Of a stretch of DNA of 64,000 bases, positions 57,701 through 64,000 are shown piece after piece (position 1 is the first letter of the stretch; each line of letters opens with the position of its first letter). The DNA comes from Macrostomum lignano (taxonomy: Eukaryota). Under the pieces are notes generated by a model, which saw only the letters and a program-made list of their open reading frames with translations, ran no database searches and was not told where the DNA came from. The stretch lies in the NCBI GenBank assembly GCA_002269645.1, contig NIVC01000432.1:124001-188000 (forward strand). Direction: 5' to 3'. A program made the position numbers and the translations under genes.

Positions 57701-60700
57701 GCCAGGGTGAAGGCTGGCGCCAAGCTGGTCCGCCAGGGCGACCATTCGCCCAATCTATTCTTCGTAGTCAGTGGCCGCCTGCACCTGCTGCAGCAGTGCC
57801 ACCCGCTGTCGGCCAGCGCGCCACCCGCAGTGAACACCCTGTACTCGGTGCTGCCCGGCGAGATGACCGGCATGATTTCAGCGCTGACTGGCGAAGCGTC
57901 GCTGTTCACCATCCGCTGCGAGGAGGAGGCCCACGTGGCTGTGATCACCTGTCGGGATTTCTACGCTGTGTTGCGCCAACAGCCCAGCGCCGCTTTACAC
58001 GTGGCGCATTTTATTGTACGCCGAATGTCGCCGTTCCTTCGGCAGATTGACTTCGTATTGGATTGGCTGTTCCTGGAGTCCGGCAAGCCGCTTTATAAAC
58101 AGGGCGACATTGCCAGCAATGTTTATATTGTGCTGCAGGGCCGCCTGCGGCAGGCGCACACAACGCCTGAGGGGCACAAGCAGCTCACTGGGGAGCTGGG
58201 CCGCGGCGACTGGATCGGCTTTCTGGAGGTATATTTGCCTGCTTTCTGCGGCTTCTCGGTGCTGTTTGGCCAGCCTCCCATATCCTCAGTTGCTGGGCCA
58301 GCCTCCCAGATCCTCAGTTGCTGGTGGGCAGCCTCCCAGATCCTCCGTTGCTGGTGGCCAGCCTCCCAGATCCTCCGTTGCTGGTGGCCAGCCTCCCAGA
58401 TCCTCAGTTGCTGGGCCAGCCTCCCAGATCCTCAGTTGCTGGGCCAGCCTCCCAGATCCTCAGTTGCTGGTGGGCAGCCTCCCAGATCCTCAGTTGCTGG
58501 TGGCCAGCCTCCCAGATCCTCCGTTGCTGGGCGAGCCTCTCAGGTCCTCAGTTGCTGGGCCAGCCTCCCAGATCCTCAGTTGCTAGGCACTCTACCAGAA
58601 CCTGCATCCAATTCTAAATTCGCGCAGGTGTTCACCCTGCGCCCCCGCGCCACCACGGTCATCGCTGTCCGAGACAGCGAACTCGCCCAGATCCCCGTTG
58701 ACCTGCTGAACATGATCAAGCGCCGGCACCCGCATATCGTCACCCGGTTGATCACAGTGCTGTCCCAGCGACTGCTAGGCAACATTGTTGACAATCCCGG
58801 CGGCTCAGGCCGCGGCGCCGACATGGTGGATCTGCACCGGGTGCCCATGGCCAACCTCCGCTCCGTGGCGCTGTTCCCAGCCAGCTCGCGGGTGCCGCTC
58901 GAGGCCTTCGCCTTGGAGCTGCAGCACGCCCTGTCTATTGTTGGGCCCAGCATGCGCCTGACCTCGCAGATTGTGCTCAAACGGTTCGGTCGGCGGGCAT
59001 TCGAGCGCGACAATGAGTATAGAATGACCAGCTGGCTGGCCCAGCAGGAGGACAATCACCGGCTGCTGCTGTACCTGTGCGATCTCGAGCGCACCGTCTG
59101 GACTCGGCGTTGCATTCGACAGGCCGACTGTCTGCTGATTGTGGCCTTGGCCGACGAGAAAGTGGACGCTATGAATCACGTTAAGCGGGTTAGTGTTGGG
59201 ATTTGATTTTTATCTGCTTTTCTGTGTGGATTGGGGCTGGATTGTGTTGTGGATTATGGAGTGGTTCTGGGTTGGGTTGTGGGGTGGATTGACGCCGGAT
59301 TGTGGGGCAGATTGTGGGGCGGCTTGAGGCTGGAATATGGGGTGGATTGACGCTGTATTGTGGGGTAGATTGAGGCTGGGTTATGGGGTGGATTGGGGCT
59401 GGGTTATGGGTGGATTGGGGCTTGGTTATGGGGTGGATTAGGGCTGGGTTATGGGGTGGATTGGGGCTGGATTGTGGGGTGGATTGGGGCTGGATTGTTG
59501 GGTGGATTGAAGCTGTATTATGGGGTGGATTGGGGCTGGGTTATGGGGTGGATTGGGGCTGTATTATGGGGTGGATTGGAGCTGGGTTTTGGGGTGGATT
59601 GGGGCTGTATTATGGGGTGGATTGGGGCTGGGTTATGGGGTGGATTGGGGCTGGGTTTTGGGGTGGATTGGGGCTGGGTTTTGGGGTGGATTGGGGCTGG
59701 GTTTTGGGGTGGATTGGGGCTGGGTTATGGGGTGGATTCAAGCTGGATCATGTGATGTCAGGCGTGCTATATCCCATTGTTTTCCTCACTTCTGTGTCTC
59801 CAAACCTCAGGTGGTGCTGCCGGACTCCAGCCGGCTGCTGAACATGCTGATCCTGCTGCACCGCGAATCAGTCGAGTACCCAACGCCAGGCAAGGCGGCG
59901 GAGCTTCTTAACAAAGCTTCTGAGCCGCACTTCGATAATCAGCTAGTTATCCAGCAGCATCTGCACATCCGGGTGCCTAAGCGCGTGTTCGCCCGGCGCA
60001 GTTCCAATCGAGTGCTGGAGACCTACAGGGCTGTGCTGTCCGAGCCGCCCAATCCAATGTCGGACATGTGCCGGCTGGCCAGGGTTATCACTAGCACTGC
60101 CGTTGGCCTGGTGCTGGCGGCGGCGGGCCGGGGCCTGTCGCATCTGGGCGTGATCCGCGCCCTGACTGAGGCTGGCATCCCTATCGACATGGTTGGCGGC
60201 ACCTCGATTGGCTCTTTTGTTGGCGCTCTGTGGGCGGAGGAGACGCAACGATTGGACCGATTTCAGGTAATTTTTTTCGATTGACTCCCGAATAGCGGGA
60301 TTGGACTAATTCACTTTTCCAATCATTCCAATTATTTTATTTTTTTCACCTTATGCAATACCGAATTACAAATGGAATGAGAATATACAATATTTGCCCT
60401 ACGCTCATTCTCTCTCCTCTCCCCTTCTCTCCCTCTCTCCCTCTCTCCCTCTCCCTCTCTCCCTCTCCCCTTCTCTCCCTCTCTCCCTCTCCCCTTCTCT
60501 CCCTCTCTCCTTCTCTCCCTCTCTCCTCCCTCTCTCCCTCTCCCCTTCTCTCCCTCTCTCCCTCTCTCCCTCTCTCCCTCTCTCCTTCTCTCCCTCTCTC
60601 CTCCCTCTCTCCCTCTCCCCTTCTCTCCCTCTCTCCCTCTCTCCCTCTCCCCTTCTCTCCCTCTCTCCCTCTCCCCTTCTCTCCCTCTCTCCCTCTCCCC

Positions 60701-63685
60701 TTCTCTCCCTCTCTCCTTCTCTCCCTCTCTCCTCCCTCTCTCCCTCTCCCTTCTCTCCCTCTCTCCCTCTCTCCCTCTCTCCCTCTCTCCTTCTCTCCCT
60801 CTCTCCTCCCTCTCTCCCTCTCCCCTTCTCTCCCTCTCTCCCTCTCCTCCCTCTCTTATTTCTCTCCTCCCTTTCTCCCTTTCTCCCTTTCTCCCTCTCC
60901 TCCCCCTCCCTCTCCTTCCCCTCCCTCTCTCCCTCTCGCCTCTCATTCTCCTCTCCCTCCCAGCTGCCTATTGCTTGCACTGCCTCATCCCCTTTTTCCC
61001 TATTTCCCCAACTCTAAAGACGCATAATTCTTCCTGTTATCCTTATTCGTAGTAATAACCAAATTAATAAACTCACCCCATGCAACATTGGCCAGGACCG
61101 AGCCAGGAAATTCTCTCGCGAGATGAGCTCGCTGTGGAGCAAGCTGGCCGACCTGACCTACCCACAGACGGCCATGTTCACCGGGCGCGCCTTCAACCGC
61201 GGCATCGAGGCGGTATTCCGCGACAGAAACATTGAAGATCTCTGGCTGCCGTATTTCTGCATCACAACAGATATAACAAAGTCGCAGATGCGAGTGCACA
61301 CCAGCGGCTCATTGTGGCGCTACGTTCGAGCCAGCATGTCTCTGAGCGGCTACCTGCCACCCCTATGCGACCCGGAGAGCGGCAACCTGCTTCTGGACGG
61401 CGGCTACGTCAACAACCTGCCAGCCGACGTGATGCGATCCAAGTACGGACCGTCCACCGTGTTTGCAGTGGATGTCGGCTCTCAGGATGAGACTAATCTG
61501 ACTAATTATGGCGACGAGCTGTCCGGCTGGTGGCTGCTTTATAAGAAGCTTAATCCCTTCTCTGTGCGGGTGAGTGCGCGTCTGCATTCTGATCTCAACA
61601 AGCCCTCTTTGGTCTTCAATAGCTACCTCAACACAAGCCCCCTTAGGTTCTTCCATAGCTACCACATCAAAGCTCTATCACTCTTCCATAGCTACCACAT
61701 CAAAGCTCTATCACTCTTCCATAGCTACCACATCAAAGCTCTATCACTCTTCCATAGCTACCACATCAAAGCTCTATCACTCTTCCATAGCTACCACATC
61801 AAAGCTCTATCACTCTTCCATAGCTACCACATCAAAGCTCTATCACTCTTCCATAGCTCCCACATCAAAGCTCTATCACTCTTTCATAGCTACCACAGCA
61901 AAGCTCTATCACTCTTCCATAGCTACCACATCAAAGCTCTATCACTCTTCCATAGCTACCACAGCAAAGCTCTATCACTCTTCCATAGCTACTACATCAA
62001 AGCTCTATCACTCTTCCATAGCTACCACATCAAAGCTCTATCACTCTTCCATAGCTACCACATCAAAGCTCTATCACTCTTCCATAGCTACCACATCAAA
62101 GCTCTATCACTCTTCCATAGCTACCACATCAAAGCTCTATCACTCTTCCATAGCTACCACATCAAAGCTCTATCACTCTTTCATAGCTACCACAGCAAAG
62201 CTCTATCACTCTTCCATAGCTACCACATCAAAGCTCTATCACTCTTCCATAGCTACCACAGCAAAGCTCTATCACTCTTCCATAGCTACTACATCAAAGC
62301 TCTATCACTCTTCCATAGCTACCACATCAAAGCTCTATCACTCTTCCATAGCTACCACATCAAAGCTCTATCACTCTTCCATAGCTACCACATCAAAGCT
62401 CTATCACTCTTCCATAGCTACCACATCAAAGCTCTATCACTCTTCCATAGCTACCACATCAAAGCTCTATCACTCTTCCATAGCTACCACAGCAAAGCTC
62501 TATCACTCTTCCATAGCTACCACAGCAAAGCTCTATCACTCTTTCATAGCTACCACAGCAAAGCTCTATCACTCTTCCATAGCTACCACAGCAAAGCTCT
62601 ATCACTCTTCCATAGCTACCACAGCAAAGCTCTATCACTCTTCCATAGCTACCACAGCAAAGCTCTATCACTCTTCCATAGCTACCACAGCAAAGCTCTA
62701 TCACTCTTCCATAGCTACCTCGCCCCGCCCCGCTCTCCAGGTGAACGTGCCCAACCTGACGGAGATCCAGTCCCGCCTAGCCTACGTGTCCTGCGTGCGC
62801 CAGCTCGAGAGCGTCAAATCCGACGGCATCTGCGAGTACATGCGCCCTCCGATCGAAGCCTACGGCACTCTGCAGTTCGGCTCATTCGACGAAATCAACA
62901 ACGTCGGCTACCGGTACTGCCTGGATCAGATCGAGCGCTGGGCCCGCGCCAAGAAGCTGCCAGTGTTGAAACGCCAGGTTGCCCAGGAGGTAGCCGACGT
63001 GCTGATGGCTGGCGGGCGGGAGGACGCCTCGCTGCGGTTCACCGACCTGGCCGAGATGGTCTGCCGGATCGACCGGCCTGCGGGAGCCGCCGCCGCCGCC
63101 GCCGCCGGAGCCGCCGACGACAGCCCCGCTGGCCGCCGTTTTGCCAATTTTGTCGACTTCAACGACGACGACGATTTCGACAGCTACTGGTCCGGCGAGA
63201 ATTTCGACGACGACGACGACGACGACTACGAAGAAGACTCCGATGATGATGACGGGGTCCACGGCAAAGCGGCCTGCTGGTCTGACGACGACTTCCTGCT
63301 GGAGGAGGACAGCGACACGGAGGCCGACGCCGCGGCCGCTGCCGCTTCATCTGACGGCGGCGTCCGTGGCGGAGGTGCCAAAAGATCTCAAGGCGGCGGG
63401 CCTGCCGCTGATGGCAGCGGCGCCGAAGCCGGCGGCGGCCTGAGCCGGCGGACTAAGCGACATCATTCCGATCCGGAGCTGTTCGGAGCCGACGTGGTTG
63501 CCGCCGCCGCCGCTGCAGCTGCCGCTGCTGTCGCTGCCGAAGGCTACGCCGGTGAAAATCGATTATTGTCGTCCGAAGCTCCGCCGGCTGGCCAGGGTGT
63601 TCGCCGACGCCGTCGTCTGCCGCGGCATCGACGTGAGCAGCAGCAGCAGGAGAAGCGGGTGAAATTCGCTGAGCAGCAGCAGTGA
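46596..63685 (+). CDS. PNPLA6: Neuropathy target esterase / swiss cheese (patatin-like phospholipase with cNMP-binding domains), about 1527 aa. Exons 46596-46931, 47781-48087, 49028-49507, 50430-50866, 57641-58228, 58628-59188, 59811-60266, 61096-61569, 62741-63685.
   Basis: N-terminal TM helix followed by FRKRDRI. Three cNMP-binding repeats, [15 protein letters not shown], patatin [18 protein letters not shown] and [16 protein letters not shown]. All eight junctions are GT-AG with consistent phase (4584 nt). PNPLA6 and PNPLA7 cannot be distinguished. Confidence 0.92.
46985..47718. repeat. 34-bp minisatellite, NTE intron 1
   Basis: GATTTGATGCAGGACGCTGAATGGGATTCTGCAT repeated. Confidence 0.93.
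48378..48990. repeat. (GTCT)n microsatellite, NTE intron 2
   Basis: Directly visible. Confidence 0.95.
49540..50230. repeat. 22/24-bp minisatellite, NTE intron 3
   Basis: ATAGGCTGCTCTATAGATACTG and ATCTAGGCTGCTCTATAGATGTTG units. Confidence 0.92.
51016..54754 (-). CDS. LINE ORF2: endonuclease, reverse transcriptase, RNase H and C-terminal CCHC-like finger, about 1246 aa after restoring single bases near 52470 and 51250
   Basis: EN: QINLQH, LIQEP, GDLN, SDH. RT: [28 protein letters not shown]. RNase H: [31 protein letters not shown]-terminus CSFCNS[G][11 protein letters not shown]. The corrected length of 3741 nt is divisible by 3. Confidence 0.9.
54794..56315 (-). CDS. LINE ORF1 (gag-like), about 507 aa after restoring two single-base deletions near 56125 and 54895
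   Basis: [10 protein letters not shown]...; the repeated GPAxSxGRS motif continues across the frame change; basic patch [19 protein letters not shown]; acidic end MDVD...EDDLL. The corrected length of 1524 nt is divisible by 3. Confidence 0.7.
56548..56834 (-). ncRNA. Candidate HDV-like self-cleaving ribozyme at the LINE 5' end
   Basis: P1 GCACGCG/CGCGUGU, P3 GGG/CCC, L3 UACUCGU, P1.1 AC/GU, P2 ACCCA/UGGGU and J4/2 CGAA(UU). Folded by hand; see findings. Confidence 0.75.
56835..57580. repeat. 25-bp minisatellite, NTE intron 4
   Basis: GGGATGGGTTCTCAGATGGTGGTGT repeated. Confidence 0.93.
58268..58585. repeat. 28/30-bp minisatellite, NTE intron 5
   Basis: GCCAGCCTCCCAGATCCTCAGTTGCTGG(TG) repeated. 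Confidence 0.9.
59225..59740. repeat. 23-bp G-rich minisatellite, NTE intron 6
   Basis: GGGGTGGATTGGGGCTGGGTTAT repeated. Confidence 0.9.
60405..60960. repeat. Polypyrimidine (CTCTCCCT-like) array, NTE intron 7
   Basis: Directly visible. Confidence 0.9.
61648..62718. repeat. 33-bp minisatellite, NTE intron 8
   Basis: TTCCATAGCTACCACATCAAAGCTCTATCACTC repeated. Confidence 0.95.
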
Positions 63686-64000
63686 TGTTTTACAGGATAA
63701 TATCGCAATTCAAATTGGTGCGAGTTGCCGTTGACTTTTTTATAACAAATACTATATGTACATTCGCATAAACAGAGTTCATTTTTATTTTAGTTAAGTT
63801 TCGTTGTCAATAGCCTTTCCATCTACTAATAGTAGCTGTCTAGCTGCTTGCTTCTGTGTTTTTAGCAGTTTGATTTTTTATAGAAGTTAATCACAATATT
63901 AATTTTTTTAGAACACTAGTTGCCTAGGAATAGTTTTTTTGTTGTTGTCCGACGTTTTAAAGTAGCTTTAGATTTGATTTAATGAGTGCGCCCGTGTACA

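Overview
Eukaryotic (animal) genomic DNA. GC-rich GT-AG exons, AT-rich spacers and a tandem array in nearly every intron suggest a flatworm such as Macrostomum (inference only). I rebuilt six protein-coding genes exon by exon: MOV10L1/Armitage-like (5' part, -), MED25 (-), cytochrome c1 (-), NAA10/ARD1 (-), an intronless USP4/11/15-family deubiquitinase (+) and NTE/swiss cheese PNPLA6/7 (+). There is also a truncated DUSP-UBL-only copy of the USP gene, a tRNA-Glu(TTC), a CORE-like SINE, hAT-type MITEs, a Foldback/MULE-like element with a 9-bp TSD, a 591-bp insertion with a 16-bp TSD, and a full-length 5.9-kb EN-RT-RNase H non-LTR retrotransposon with an 11-bp TSD in NTE intron 4. The strongest finding is an HDV-like self-cleaving ribozyme fold (P1 with G-U at +1, P1.1, P2, P3, canonical L3, CGAA J4/2, very long structured J1/2) that begins exactly at the TSD-defined first base of that retrotransposon. 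The apparent frameshifts in the USP gene, NTE and the LINE can all be repaired by adding single bases to short runs, which points to long-read assembly error. Most long ORFs in the supplied track are artefacts of minisatellites. All coordinates were read by eye; repeat boundaries are approximate.
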